From Rhina ancylostomus (Eukaryota), in contig JARFYF010000112.1 in the NCBI GenBank assembly GCA_030265395.1, forward strand, positions 81,111,479 through 81,175,478: 64,000 nucleotides of DNA. Direction: 5' to 3'. Each line of letters begins with the position of its first letter. The first letter of the stretch is position 1. Both the position numbers and the translations under genes were made by a program. The notes under the pieces are model-generated. The model had not been told where the DNA came from and searched no databases. It worked only from the letters and a program-made list of their open reading frames with translations. This document shows, one piece after another, positions 36,301-49,400 of this stretch.

Positions 36301-38313
36301 TTCTTGTCAAACATTTTCTCATATTTAAATATAGCAGTGGACACAATGTTGCTTTCGATGGCTAGCTGGGATTACCTGAAGCTTTGCCTCTTAGATTTGT
36401 AACCTTTTATTTTTATCTCAGCTTTAATGGGAAAATAGTTCAACTGGGAAAAACAGGTGGGCTGCAATAAATTGCACATCTGCTGCATGACGCATTTGGC
36501 AATGCATTCAACATTGCAGAATAGCTGTGTGCTTTTTTTTATAACAGGATACCTCACAGCTGTTCCAGGATATGAACTTGATTGAAAGCTTCCTCAAAAG
36601 CAAAACTAAGGAACAAACTTGCATTGGTCTATATTTCTTAAAAAAGAGACAATAGTGCTGATTTTCTCAGTATTTAATGGATGCTGAGAATAGTGTGATC
36701 AAATTAGGATTAAAAAAAAAGACAACTCCATTGTTTAAGTGTTGACATAATTGGCATTCCCAAGGATGTAAACTGAAAATGTTTCTTCCTGACTATTGTC
36801 CTAAAGAAAGGCTTTAAACAGTCAAGCTGCTGTGAAGGAAGTCAATGAGTATCACAAGGAGACTGTTTGTTACCATCCCACAGCCAGAAAGCTATGAAAA
36901 GAATTGAGTGATTTAAAGAGGATGTGTGTGAAGGAAGCTCCGTTATTGTGCACCTACCATCTCCCATCCTCTACCCGCTTCCCTATCGCACATTCAATCT
37001 GCAGTATTGTTCAGGTACCAGTCCCAATCTCAGATATTATTTGAACTTTTATTTTGTTTCACTTCAGATGCTCCTTTCCATTTCCTATTGAATTATTATA
37101 AGATGATTTGCTTCTCTGGCTTCAAAGAACATAAAATGTGGATTTTAATCATAATTTTGTGCTGCATATTAGTCAATTAGAAATGTGCTTTTAAGGTGCA
37201 AAGCAAAATTACTAATAAACAATGAAAATGAATGACATTTATTTAAATACTTCAAAATTAATCTTACTTTTTGCTGCATCTGGAAAAGCTCTGCATTCTC
37301 TGTGCTCAGGTTTATATCAATTTTCAAAAGAGATTTCACAAAGGGTGAATTGAACTGAACAAAGTCAAAAAATGAAAATGGCCACCTGGGCATTATTGCA
37401 GCCCCTGGATTGATATTCAAAGGCACAGCAGGGAATTGGAGTTACCTTTGCATGTCCTGGTAGCTGATGTGCATGCAAATTCAAAATCTGTCTTGAAATT
37501 GAGCTGTAGCATTCTCATCACTTTGCCTAAGTGTTTGAAAAACCTAAAAGCAATACATTAATAGAATTTAAATTCACTACAAAAATCACACTGCTGAAAT
37601 ATGTGGTCCCCAGCTCAGTGGTGGGGTCATATGCTCCCACTGGCTTGAGAGATTGAATTCCTCTCCTAATTACTCATCTACCAGCATCATCATCATATAA
37701 ACATTGAGTCAAATAAATCCTGCGGTTAATAGGGAAACAAACTTCACAACAGAGTGAGATCAAAACCACTGGAAGTTGGTAGAGTTAATCGTTCATCAGT
37801 CCTTTCTCCCCCATCATGTGCCCTATAAAGCACAAAGGATAAGAAAAGAGGTATTAACAAAAAAGATCTGTAGAGTTATAAAAGAAATGAATGTTGTACT
37901 TGTGGTGGTTCAAATGAAAAAGGTCTGAATGTTCAAAGTGGAACATTGTGACTGAGTCACGATGGACCATGTGAGTTCTAGCATCATAATTTGCTCTTTG
38001 TTGCATTTTTGATGACCTATATGCAAACAGTTTTGTTACTAATTGATTTGTTAGCTACCACTCGTTATTCTAAGTGTTCTTTCATACTTATTTAAAGAAT
38101 AGTCTGCGCTTACTGTACTTCTGGTTCAGTTAGTGTCTGAAAAGAGGTTTTTTTTAAATATAGGTTGCTTACAAGTCTGTATCTGCTGAACCCTTTGGTA
38201 TCCTTTACTAAATTATGATTTAAACAGTGGTATATTGAGCTCAGGCACTAGAAAGAAAAATTTATCTTCAGATCAATAATAGATTCTCCTCAATAAATAA
38301 AAAGTTTAGCATA

Positions 38314-38670
38314 AATAACAGAAAATGCTGGGAATACTAGCAAGTCAGGCAGCATCTGTGAAAAGAAAAACAAGAGTTAACCTTTCACGTCGAAGACCCT
38401 TCATCAGAATAATTTTAGCATGTAATGCTAAAAGACCTTTCATCAGAATAACATTAGCAATGAATCATACGAGAAAAGTCTAGTCCCAGTTCCTTCAGCT
38501 TATAAAAGGAGCTGGATAACCAGCTGAGAGCAAATTTTCCAGGCCACAGAAAAGGCCCCACCAATGAGGGGTCTTCAACCTGAAACATGAACTCAGATTC
38601 TCTTTCCACAGAAACTGCCTGACCTGCTGAGGGTTTCCAGAATTTTCTGATTTTGTATCAGATTTCCAGT
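38314..38670. repeat. Penelope-derived fold-back (MITE-like) element
   Basis: Inverted arms 38314-38408 and 38563-38668. The left arm has a minus-strand core CUGAUGA-A-GGGUCUUCGACGU-GAAA. Confidence 0.65.
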
Positions 38671-41600
38671 ATGCGCAATTTTTTTAAATGTTCATTTCTC
38701 ATCTCAGTTCACTGGCANNNNNNNNNNNNNNNNNNNNNNNNNNNNNNNNNNNNNNNNNNNNNNNNNNNNNNNNNNNNNNNNNNNNNNNNNNNNNNNNNNN
38801 NNNNNNNNNNNNNNNNNATGCGCAATTTTTTTAAATTTTCATTTCTCATCTCAGTTCACTGGCAGAGGGTCCTTTAAAATTCTATGTTGTAACTAGGCCA
38901 CCTGAAAGGTGGTTCTTAGTACGGACCATTATTTAGTTACCTCTGATAGAAAGCAGGGTGCAAGGTTTGTGAGGATTGGTTCAGTTGTGGCTGTGGTGCT
39001 CATTTCAGCCTTCCAACATCATTTGCTCACCCTCACAGCTGCTTAGCCAATTTTGTTTGATATTTGAGAACTGCTAACACCCTGGCAAATGTCTACATAT
39101 GAGTATAATAAAAACCCTGCACAAAGTGTCAAGTCTGTGTAACTTTGTTTACTAACAGACAATGCTCTGCTATAATCACTGCATTAAAGACCAATACTTA
39201 TTCTTAACCATTAAATACATCATGCCTATTCTGGCTGATTTCCTTCCTGAACATATGAATAAAAATGACAAAATATACTTTAATGAAGACAATGCTCTTC
39301 TAACAAGGCTGAGATGGATCATCCCTTTGCCACTTCAGCCCAAGTCCGGTCATTAATATTCCAGCCCCATATTTTTCACGCAGTTGCTGGAATTTACTAT
39401 TATTGTAGTTGGAAATGCTCATGAGAGTCTCCTTCTCCCATTAATTGTTTAATTATTGACCATCATTTACAAATAGATATGGAAGCTTAGCAGAGCTTTG
39501 AACTGATTTGTTGGCTATAGTATTGTAAAAGCTCCAATTCCCACATGCTGCCTCTCCAATGAAATCAGTGGATTTGTGGCCAGGTCATAGGATCCAAGAA
39601 CTGGTCCCCCATTGCAAATGTTGGTGGTTTTCAGCAAGACTGAGCTCCTCCATTGGACTTCACATGGAGTTGCATGGAAAAGCATGTTGAAACATATTGT
39701 ACATAGTGTCATTCAGTAAATTCAGGACTTGTGCTTTTGAAAAGTCCATTCAGAATTGCCCATATTTATCAGCAAATTTCACGTCATTGCATGTCATAGC
39801 TTCGCAATAAAATTGAGTTTCTTATGGAACCACTTCAGAGTCTATTGTTCCAAGTCTGACATCTCCTGCAAATCAAACTTCCTTGCCTTATGTTGTTAAA
39901 CCAGATGGTTCTTTAACAACAATATAGTCATGAACCAGAGCTGATATTAGTGTTTTGATTCCAGTTTAATTAATTAGAGTAATGAAGAATTTTCCCTTTT
40001 GCAATAGGAACACATATCTCTACATTATTAGTCCAGGGCTCTGGATTATTAGTTCAATGTCTTAACTACTGTATTACCTATTTCCCAATATCATTCAGAA
40101 GCACTGAGATCAACTGTATTTACTGCCATTTTGTGATCAGCTAACCACAGGTGGGACTGGAAATATGGATTTTCCTAGTTNNNNNNNNACAAGATAAAGT
40201 TGTTGTGTGATCTGGAAAGCTACATGCACTCTTACTACAACTGCATTTGGAAGAGCATTCTATTTTTTGATGCCTTGTTGTAGTTTCCTTGTTATGAGCT
40301 CCTTGTGCTTAATTAGTGAGCAGCTGGGTGACCAATTGTCAGGATATAAACTAGAGCAATCCAGAAGAATGAAGTCATGTAATTTACCTGCGTTCCTGTG
40401 AGCAATGAGAAAGATTCTTCATGCAGCACGCTTGCATTCCACATCACAGTTTAATGCAAGTCTCAAAAGTGCTTCAACAATACCTCTAGGAATAATGTTG
40501 ATCCTAGTGTTGAAGGTCAAAACTAAGGTTCTCTTGCACTAAGTTCCAGGTGACAGGTTTTGCAGAATCTGTTTTTCATAGAAGTGCTTTCTTCTGCAAT
40601 TACCGGTGAATTATAACATAAAAGCAAAATAGTGACCACCTCATATCTGGAAATATTAATTTGTAACCCAATGATATGTTTTTCCTTTTGTCAGCTTTAA
40701 TTTGCCAACCAAAAATATGAAAGTAACCAAACATTAGTAGGGCAGGTCATTAATGAAAGTTTTTAGCCTATTTACCCGATCACAGCGTCTCTGTTTCTAA
40801 TCACTTAAGATGGATTTCTCTGATTGCAGGCAGAATGAATTTTGCTGTCATCTGGTTTAGAGAAGGACTGTTATCTCTCCATACCAGAGGCTATATCCTA
40901 TATTTGTCTCCACCATTTTCCATGAGTGTGGTACCATGGGTTAGATAGATTTTAAGCTTCTAAATTGTGCCATTGTTTGTACTTAATGTTTACAGCAAGG
41001 CAAAAGAGGAGCAAAATGTCAAACCAAAATTAATCTGTAAAGGGGCCAAGGAATTTAGACCTTGCCCTGATCTGGCACTTTCATGTGTCCTATTAAAAAC
41101 ATTGACATTTCTTTCTACCACTTTATAATTTGAAAGGAAAAGTATAGGCATGACAACATTAGATGCAACATAGTGTACCAATCTATCTTATGTCCACTTT
41201 GTGTGATGAATGTGGGGGTCATAGAGAATGTTCAAAAACAAGTTCAATGTGTGTATATAATTTATTCATTATTAGTAAAAAAAAATTAACATTTGTTAAC
41301 CCTGTGTATTAAATAAATCCAACCATTTCAGTTCTAAGTGGAACACAGAAAGGAGATAAACTAATTAGAGCACGATTTTCACGGACTCATCTTCTATCCT
41401 TTTTGAGAGACATTAGCCCTACTCTTGGTATCTTTGCCTTGCCCCAGGGTAGGGCTGTACAGACTGCACCTTGTATATCATGTCTGACCTTTTGAATGGT
41501 GGCAATGTGATTCAAAAACCAGTAAATAGTCCTTATCTGTACCTGTAATATTTATTTACTGATTGTTCTATTTGAATTTCATGAACCTGATGATCTGAAA

Positions 41601-42315
41601 TAATCTGTTCCCTGCTCTTCAATCCCACTGGTGGATAAATTCTAAATCAGACCACCAGGATTTGTCAACATCAGCTATTTCAACCAAATGCAAATACAGT
41701 CATAGAGTTAAAATACTGCATGGCTCCATGGCACAAGCTGGCTAAAAATCAAATCATTTGGACTCTTCAGTCCTTGTCATCTCAGCCTTAATTCAGAAGT
41801 TTTATCTTAAGGACATCAGCAAATTAAAAAGTTGTAAGAATAACCATATAGCCGGCTTGCTCAATTCATCAGTCTCCCTGACTAGTGATTGATCACACAT
41901 CTGGACCCTGGTAGCACAAAGCAAAAATATCCATGGGTCTCAAATCATTCCCAGCTTTGAAGAGATCACCATTTTGCTCTTCTATTATACTTCACAGGTA
42001 ATTGCAGAAGATGACACTTTCCAATCTTACCTTAACCTTTATTGTTTGATAATTGATCATTGATTTCATTTGTAAAATTGGTACCAGGATTATATTGTTT
42101 ATTGCAAGGTTCAGATTCAGTTAAAACAGCAATAACTATTAATTAAAAGCAAAGTATGCTTAAAATAATCACTCAGCAGGTCCTACAGCAGCTGTGGAGA
42201 GAAACAGAATTAATATTTTATGTAAATGAGTTTTTGTCATAACCACTTAGAATTTTCAGTTTTATTTTGTGTGCTCGTTAGTGTGATCACCAAAATTGAG
42301 ATGGACTGTGAATCA

Positions 42316-42347
42316 TACTGACTTTTGTTTCCTCTTCTTCCCAATAG
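42316..42347 (+). promoter_or_regulatory. Splice acceptor of the gja2 coding exon
   Basis: Branch point TACTGAC (42316-42322), a polypyrimidine tract, and TAG| at 42345-42347, 17 nt before the ATG. This is typical connexin architecture with a non-coding exon 1. Confidence 0.75.
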
Positions 42348-42364
42348 GCTAAAGGCAGGAAAGA

Positions 42365-43423
42365 ATGGGTGACTGGAGTTTGTTGGGCAACTTACTGGAA
42401 AGTGCCCAGGAGCACTCCACTGTGGTAGGGAAGGTATGGCTGACATCTCTGTTCATTTTCCGCATCCTGGTGTTGGGGACAGCCACCGAGAAAGTCTGGG
42501 GGGACGAGCAGTCCTTCTTCACCTGTGACACCAAGCAGCCTGGTTGTCAGAATGTTTGCTATGACAGGATCTTCCCCATTTCCCACATCCGCTTCTGGGT
42601 GCTACAAATCATCTTTGTGTCCACTCCCACACTGATCTACCTGGGCCACATCTTCCATCTGGTACGAATGGAGGAGAAGCAGAAACAGAAGGAGAAAGAG
42701 AAGCTGAGCAGATATCCCCCTGGGGAAAAGGAAGCATTAATGCAAAATGCCAGGAACATCACATGCCCTACGCTGGATGAGCAGGGTAAAGTTAAATTGC
42801 AAGGGGCTATTCTACGCACTTATTTGTTCAATATAATTTTTAAAACCCTCTTTGAAGTTGGCTTCATATGGGCCCAGTACCAGCTCTATGGTTTTGAGCT
42901 GAAACCTCTTTACAAATGTAGCTACTCGCCTTGCCCTAACATTGTTGACTGTTACATCTCCCGTCCAACTGAGAAGACTATTTTCATTATATTCATGCTA
43001 GCCATGGCCTGTCTGTCCCTACTTTTGAACCTTATTGAAATATGTCATCTGGGACTCAAGAAATGTAGAAGGATCACCAAGGACAATCATGCCACAAAGG
43101 CTGCCTGTAAGCAGAATGGCACACTGGCGAGAGAGAGAATGGGGCCCTGCGCCCCAAGTTACCGATACCTTGCCAACCACAGTGGGCCGCAGCTTTACGA
43201 CGTCCCTCCACTGACGGAGCCCGACCCAGTTTGTCACCCCTACAATGGCAATGTTTCCACCAAGCAAAACCGAGAGAACTTTGCCATTATGGATGACAAG
43301 CAGGAGAGTCAGGAGGAACAACACTCGGTCCCCAACAAACACATCCCAGTCACTGATCAGAGACGGAACAGTGAAAGAAGCAAACTGAGCAGTCGGAGCA
43401 AATCAGATGATCTGGCAATTTAG
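42365..43423 (+). CDS. gja2: Alpha-group connexin, Cx39.9/gja2 type (GJA3 paralogue), 352 aa, single coding exon
   Basis: [43 protein letters not shown] and [20 protein letters not shown] resemble teleost Cx39.9. Extracellular Cys motifs are intact and the C-terminal is DDLAI. It sits between gjb1 and zmym3. The connexin call is certain; the subfamily is assigned from recall and synteny. Confidence 0.85.
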   Translation: MGDWSLLGNLLESAQEHSTVVGKVWLTSLFIFRILVLGTATEKVWGDEQSFFTCDTKQPGCQNVCYDRIFPISHIRFWVLQIIFVSTPTLIYLGHIFHLVRMEEKQKQKEKEKLSRYPPGEKEALMQNARNITCPTLDEQGKVKLQGAILRTYLFNIIFKTLFEVGFIWAQYQLYGFELKPLYKCSYSPCPNIVDCYISRPTEKTIFIIFMLAMACLSLLLNLIEICHLGLKKCRRITKDNHATKAACKQNGTLARERMGPCAPSYRYLANHSGPQLYDVPPLTEPDPVCHPYNGNVSTKQNRENFAIMDDKQESQEEQHSVPNKHIPVTDQRRNSERSKLSSRSKSDDLAI

Positions 43424-43849
43424 GTCTCTGGCTGTGGAAGCACTGAGCAGAATAATTAAGAAATCATTCCATTTGAACAATGAAAATATCCAAAGAATTC
43501 AAGCTAATCGCCAGAGAGATATCATCAACATGACGACAACATTGCTTTCATTTTAATGATTGCTTCAGTCACCTTTGATTTGTGTTTATTTTTAGTCTCA
43601 CTTGCTTCCTGTATTAAAACACAAACTGGCACAGAACAGTTATGCTTTTGCCCATAGCCTGTTCCCCGGACCCCTTACCCATACCACCCCTCCCTCCTTC
43701 AATCCCTCCTTGCTCTATATCTCTGTCACTTCCCTGTCCAACCCACTCTTCCTTCCTTCTTCCTCCCCATTTCCCTTCCTTGCTCTCCCTGTACCACTCC
43801 TTCCCGTCTCTCTGATTGGCTACCACTCACACACTCCATGAGGCTGCTC

Positions 43850-46265
43850 CCCAAACATCCAGGGCACGTCTGGAAGTGAACATGACAACTCCCAGAGACA
43901 ATCACCGCCTGTTCCTCCAAGACAACTTTAGCTGGGTCCCACAAGCTTCCTCACTTCAAGGGGCCATTCAACACATGCCTTTATCCATCTCACAAAAGCC
44001 TTCAACTCTGCCAACTTCAACAGATTTATGGAGATTCCTTGTCAAATGTGGATGGCTTCAAATATTTGTAATTACTGCACAATGATATACAAACTATGAT
44101 ACCAACCACTGGGTTCTTCACAGATCCAATCCCAGTGCATACTGGGACCAAGCAAGGCTGTGACATCACACTGGCCATCTTGTCAATCTTCCTCACCGCA
44201 ATACCTCAGCTCACCTTCAACAACTTCCTCGTAGCAGTAGGGTTAATCTACAGGATGAGTGAGGGAGTGTTCAACATTCATCGCTTCCATTCCAGAATCA
44301 AGATCACTCCAATCTCAGTCATTGGCGCAAGCAACATTTATGCCCATGCACACACAGAGACTGAGCTATGAGTCATTGATGATTCCTTCACTGAAGTCTA
44401 GAATAGAATGGGCCTGACATCAATGAACTGGAAGATAAAGGCCCTCTATAAACCTAACCAACACAATATCCTTCCCTGACAAACAAGATCCACAATATGA
44501 CAGTGGTCAATGCGAATTGCTTTGAATATCTCGTGAACTACCTCTCAGTGATGACATTCACAACCATCTCCAGTGTGCCAGCGTAACTTTTAGCCAGATG
44601 AGAAATAATGAGCAAAGATCTGGCAACAAGATTATGTTCTATGAAGAAGCAGTGATCCTACCCTCCTGTACACTTCAGAGACAATGGACAATGTACAGTG
44701 GACACCTCAGAGAACTTTTGTGAAGAAATATCACCAACGGTCTCTCCACAAAATTCTCCAAAGCCACTGGTAGATCAGTATCCATTCCCAGGTTGACTTC
44801 ATCAGCAGAGGCTTTAACCCCTCAACCAGTTTCAGTGGCCAAGCCACATCATAGAACATTACAGCACAGTACAGGCCCTTCGGCCCACGATGTTGTGCCG
44901 ACCTTTGAACCTACACTAAGATCAATCTAACCATTCCCTCCCACATACCCTTCCATTTTTCTATCATCCATTTGCCTATCTAAGAGTCTCTTAAATGTCC
45001 CTAACGTATCTGCCTCTAAAAGCACCCCTGGCAGTGTGTTCCACACACCCAACACTGTAAAAAAAACTTACCTCTGATATCCCCCCTGTACTTTCCTCCA
45101 ATCTCTTTAAAATTATGTCCCCTCGTGTTAGCCATTTCTGCCCTGGGAAAATATCTCTAACTGTCCACTCGATCTCTGCCTCTTATCTCCTTGACACCTC
45201 TATCAGGTCACATCTCGTCCTCCTTCGCTCCAATGAGAAAAGCCCTAGCTTGCTCAACCTATCCTCATTAGACGTGCTCTCCAACCCAGGCAGCATCCTG
45301 TTAAATCTCCTCTGCACCCTTTCTAAAGCTTCCACATCCTTCCTATAGTGAGGCAACCAGGCCTGAACACAATATTCTAAGTGTGGTCTAACCAGAGTGT
45401 TATAGAGTTGCAACATTACCTCGCAGCTCTTGAACTCAGTCCCCCAACTAATGAAGGCCAACACGCCATAGACCTTCTTAACAACCCTATCAACTTGCAC
45501 AGCAACTCTGAGGGATCTATGGACTTGGAGCTCAAGATCCCTCTGCTCCTCCACACTGCTAAGAATCCTGCCATTAACCCTGTATTCTGCCTTCAAATTC
45601 GTCCTTTCAAATCACTTCACTCCTTTCTGGGTTGAACTCTATCTGCCATTTCTCAGCCCAGCTTTACATCCTATCAATGTCCCATACTAACTCTCGACAA
45701 CCTTCTACAATATCCACAACCTTTGTNNNNNNNNNNNNNNNNNNNNNNNNNNNNNNNNNNNNNNNNNNNNNNNNNNNNNNNNNNNNNNNNNNNNNNNNNN
45801 NNNNNNNNNNNNNNNNNNNNNNNNNNATCAATGTCCCATACTAACTCTCGACAACCTTCTACACTATCCACAACCTTTGTGACATCTGCAAACTTACTAA
45901 CCCACCCTTCCACTTCCTCATTTAAGTCATTTATAAAAATTGTCTGCTGCCCAGCACCAGAATCTACATGTCAAGAGATCTCCAGGAGGAGAGAGAAGAG
46001 ACTTCAATTTCATGTTCAACGCCTTCTTGAAAAAATTCACTGATTTATGGGATCTCTGGCTTCTAACTACGGAAACATGCCAGAAACAGACATGCTGATT
46101 CTCTATAATGGGAGTACATGGAGACCATACAAAGAGAGCAGGAAGAGCAGACAAAGATAAGCCACCCAATCTAATCCAACCCACGGCAGAGCTTGTTGTT
46201 CCCTCTTCAAAGCCCACAGAACTGAAGAGGAAGCAAGTCATCCTTGACACTGGGGGTCCACACAA
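43850..46265 (+). mobile_element. Decayed RTE LINE, split by a CR1 insertion
   Basis: LWRFLVKCG, DPIPVHTGTKQGCDI (RT motif) and RWP.HI. It resumes after 45940 with RSPGGERRDF-like sequence. Confidence 0.7.
44851..45940 (-). mobile_element. CR1 LINE 3' portion (relatively young)
   Basis: Minus ORF ...VMLQLYNTLVRPHLEYCVQAWLPHYRKDVEALERVQRRFNRMLPGL...LGLFSLERRR and SKFADVTK; 3' end at 44851 (atagaacattacagcacagtacaggcccttcggccc). Confidence 0.9.
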
Positions 46266-46289
46266 AAAGATTTAACAGACTCTACAGAG

Positions 46290-46450
46290 TCTATCAGGAC
46301 CTTTCATCTGGACTGAAGTCTGGATAGATGCCTTGACCCAAAATATTGATTGTCCATTTCTCTCCATTGATACTACATAACCTGCTGAGTTCCTCCAGTC
46401 TTTTGGTGTGTTACTCCAGATTCCAGCATCTATAGTCTCTTGTGTCTACA
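46290..46450 (+). repeat. Penelope-like terminal repeat fragment
   Basis: cctgctgagttcctccag...ctccagattccagcatctatagtctcttgtgtct. Further remnants occur near 48170-48290, 54465-54525, 57055-57112 and 59970-60060. Confidence 0.6.
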
Positions 46451-49400
46451 GAGTCTATGACTTAAAGAGCAAAATTCCTCTTTTTAACAGCAAAGCATTT
46501 TCCAAAAGTACCATGTTTTAAAACCATATGTTCCTATCATTTTATAAGTAGGGATATCCAGCCTGCTCATATTTTTAAACTGAAAAAAATTGAGCCCATG
46601 CTTGGGATACATTTACAATCCCTTAAATCCTGGAAAGCTTATATAGTTATTGTCTTCATGAAAGTGTTCAGGAAACCAAGCATTTCCTGTTGAAACAGAC
46701 AAAACTGGCTTTGTCACTCTTTATTAGAATGAGATCACAATAATACTCTGCCATATTTTGGCATGGTTTCCTTGTTCGTGTTATCTGTTGATGGACAAGC
46801 AAAATTATTTGGTACTAACTTTTCTTATGGCAATTGTTCCTTTTTGATGCTTGATGAAAATGCTCAGGAACAGGTAAGGTCACCTGACCTGATAAACCAT
46901 TTCCTTCTGGTAGCTCAGTCCGAGCTGTCCAACTTCGCACATCCTCTCAACCTTATTGACCAAGATTTTGTGGTCAGAAGCAAAATTTAGGTCCAATCAT
47001 TCATTACCTTTACATTTACCCATGGATTTTCTATTTTTTTGCATGCTGGAGATTATGGTTGTTAGAATATTATTTGGTATGAGGTTCTGTACAAACAGAG
47101 GATTCTCCTTAACAAACTATGCTATCGAAACCTGAGGCACATGGAGACTGAACCAACATATGCCCCTTACAGTAATTATTTCATATACAAAGAGGAAAAT
47201 AAAGTGAAGGAAAGGTGAGATTAAAAAATAATTGAAAAGAATTCACTTTTTGTAGTTTTAAATCTCTAGCATTTACTCAACTCTGAAGGAATGAGATACT
47301 GCACACAAAAAATAATTTTCCCTTCTAAAGAGGTAGTTTGGATATGATTAGGACATAACATGCCGCTGTAAAATCATCTCCAGCAGAATGGACAAGCCCC
47401 AAACTTCTCTGTTAAAGTTCAGTTGATACCTATCATGTATGTTTCATGTCTTTCAGTATCAAATCTTTCAGAACATGTCTTTATATTGAAGTTTTTGGAA
47501 AAACAGGAAGCTCAGACAACAACTTCTTTACTTCCACATTTAACTGTGCCTGCATGATCACTGGAAGTTGTTACATTATTTAAGCTTTATGAATAGCTAC
47601 ACAAATAACTCCAGTGTTACTCTTACTGCAAAATCCTGGCCAATGCCCCGAGGCCATTTACACCGTTTATGTGACAGGGTTTTCATTGGTAATTTATTCT
47701 ACATTTCACTGTTAATAGATTTAGCTTGAGTTTTCGTAGGTTGTATTCCTGCTATTTCACCGTTTTGATTCAAGCATGATTATAACCATAAAAAGTGTGG
47801 TGATATATAGCATAGCTCATTTCATCAATAAATATGCATGCAATGTTGTTTTAGGTAGTTGTACTCCCAGTACCCACTAGGGTTGATTTTGGAAGATGCA
47901 CGTTTATATTCCACTTTTCTGCAACTTTACACTGTCTTAGATGTTAACCATAGTCTGGACATTGCAGTTATCAGCAAATCATGAACCTACCAAACTCCAT
48001 ATTTGCTGAATGGGGATCTCCTCCCACCATCTTGCTGGACAAAGCCAGCTCCAACCTCAATGATGAGGCCTTGCACAGCTACAGGAGCTCTCAGGTGTAA
48101 ATCATATCAAAATGGGGTTCTCAACTCACTCAGGCCCCTCCAAAGTGCTGAAAAAAGCTTTAACAATCAAAAAAACTGCAGATGCTTGAAATCTGAAATA
48201 AAACAGAATATGCTGGAAACATTCAGCAGGTCAGGCAGCAACTGAGGAAATAAAGAGTGTCAACATTTCAGGTCAAAGACCCCTTGTCAAACCTTTCGCT
48301 CACTCAGTTTCTGACATTCAGAAACATTTTGAATCTATGAAAAATATTCAAAATTGTCTTTAATTATTAATTTAAAATACAATTAAAATGTAAATCTCAA
48401 ACATTTATTAAATTAAACAAAAGAAAACATCAAACATATGTTGATATTTCACAACCATTCTTTTCCATTCAAATCAATGGAGTGCTGGGATATTCCAGCA
48501 GATTCCCTGGTATGTAATGGAGAAATGATATACCTCACACACTACTGCTATATTCCACCAAAGCTTGAGCACAGTTGCAGACAATCAGACAGATAGCTGC
48601 CAGTGACTTTGGAGATTGTGTCCTTGTGTGTGAATCTCAAATTCAGTGATACCTCACTGTAATTCCAAGCAACTTCCTGCAATATCCAGACCAATGTCAT
48701 CACCTGCCATCATTTTGTTATGTTATGCAAGTACCTATTGCTCCAGAAGGTTCTATTTGTCCTTCTGTCTTAAATGCACTCATTACCACTTTTTTGAGAA
48801 ATATTGGTTTTCCTAAGATTCTCAAAGGAAATCTATCCTCCAATTTCTTTTGGCTGTTTTTTGACACCTGTAACGGAATCCTGTGGAACCATGGAAATGC
48901 ATAACCAGATTGTAGAATGTGGTTCTTAGGGAATACAAGGCTTTCAAAGCTTGTGTTTCAGCATCAGTTAACAGTAAAAGCTCTTGCTGAGTATGGGAGG
49001 AATGAATTGAAGAATTAGAAAACACAGTTAAACATTGATGCTCTTTTCTACTTGCACAAAAAAGCATTTTACAGCACGCTTGTGGCTTCCTACATTTAAA
49101 AGCCTGGGCATAAATGTGGAACCTTTGGAGCCTTAGGGGAACCAAAGAAACATCATATCCTGGGGTATTTCTACTGGCTGCAGTGCATGTCTGGAATTGA
49201 TCAAGAGGTTGCAGAAGTACCAACCTGTCAACTTCAGAATTAAAGGTTTTGTTTTAAAAAGACTGGGACCACAGGTTCTAAGCTGACAGTAAGCCCACCT
49301 CAGATCAATTATATGAGCTGGGAGGTCTTACTTTGTGGGTTACTGGGAAACGGCAGTTTGAATTTCCCAGCACAGACACCTTCAACTGACTTGAAATCTC

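Noticed and set aside
20327-38163. Multiple MEF2 consensus sites as a muscle enhancer array
   Set aside because: YTAWWWWTAR is expected many times by chance in 64 kb of AT-rich DNA; no evident enrichment.
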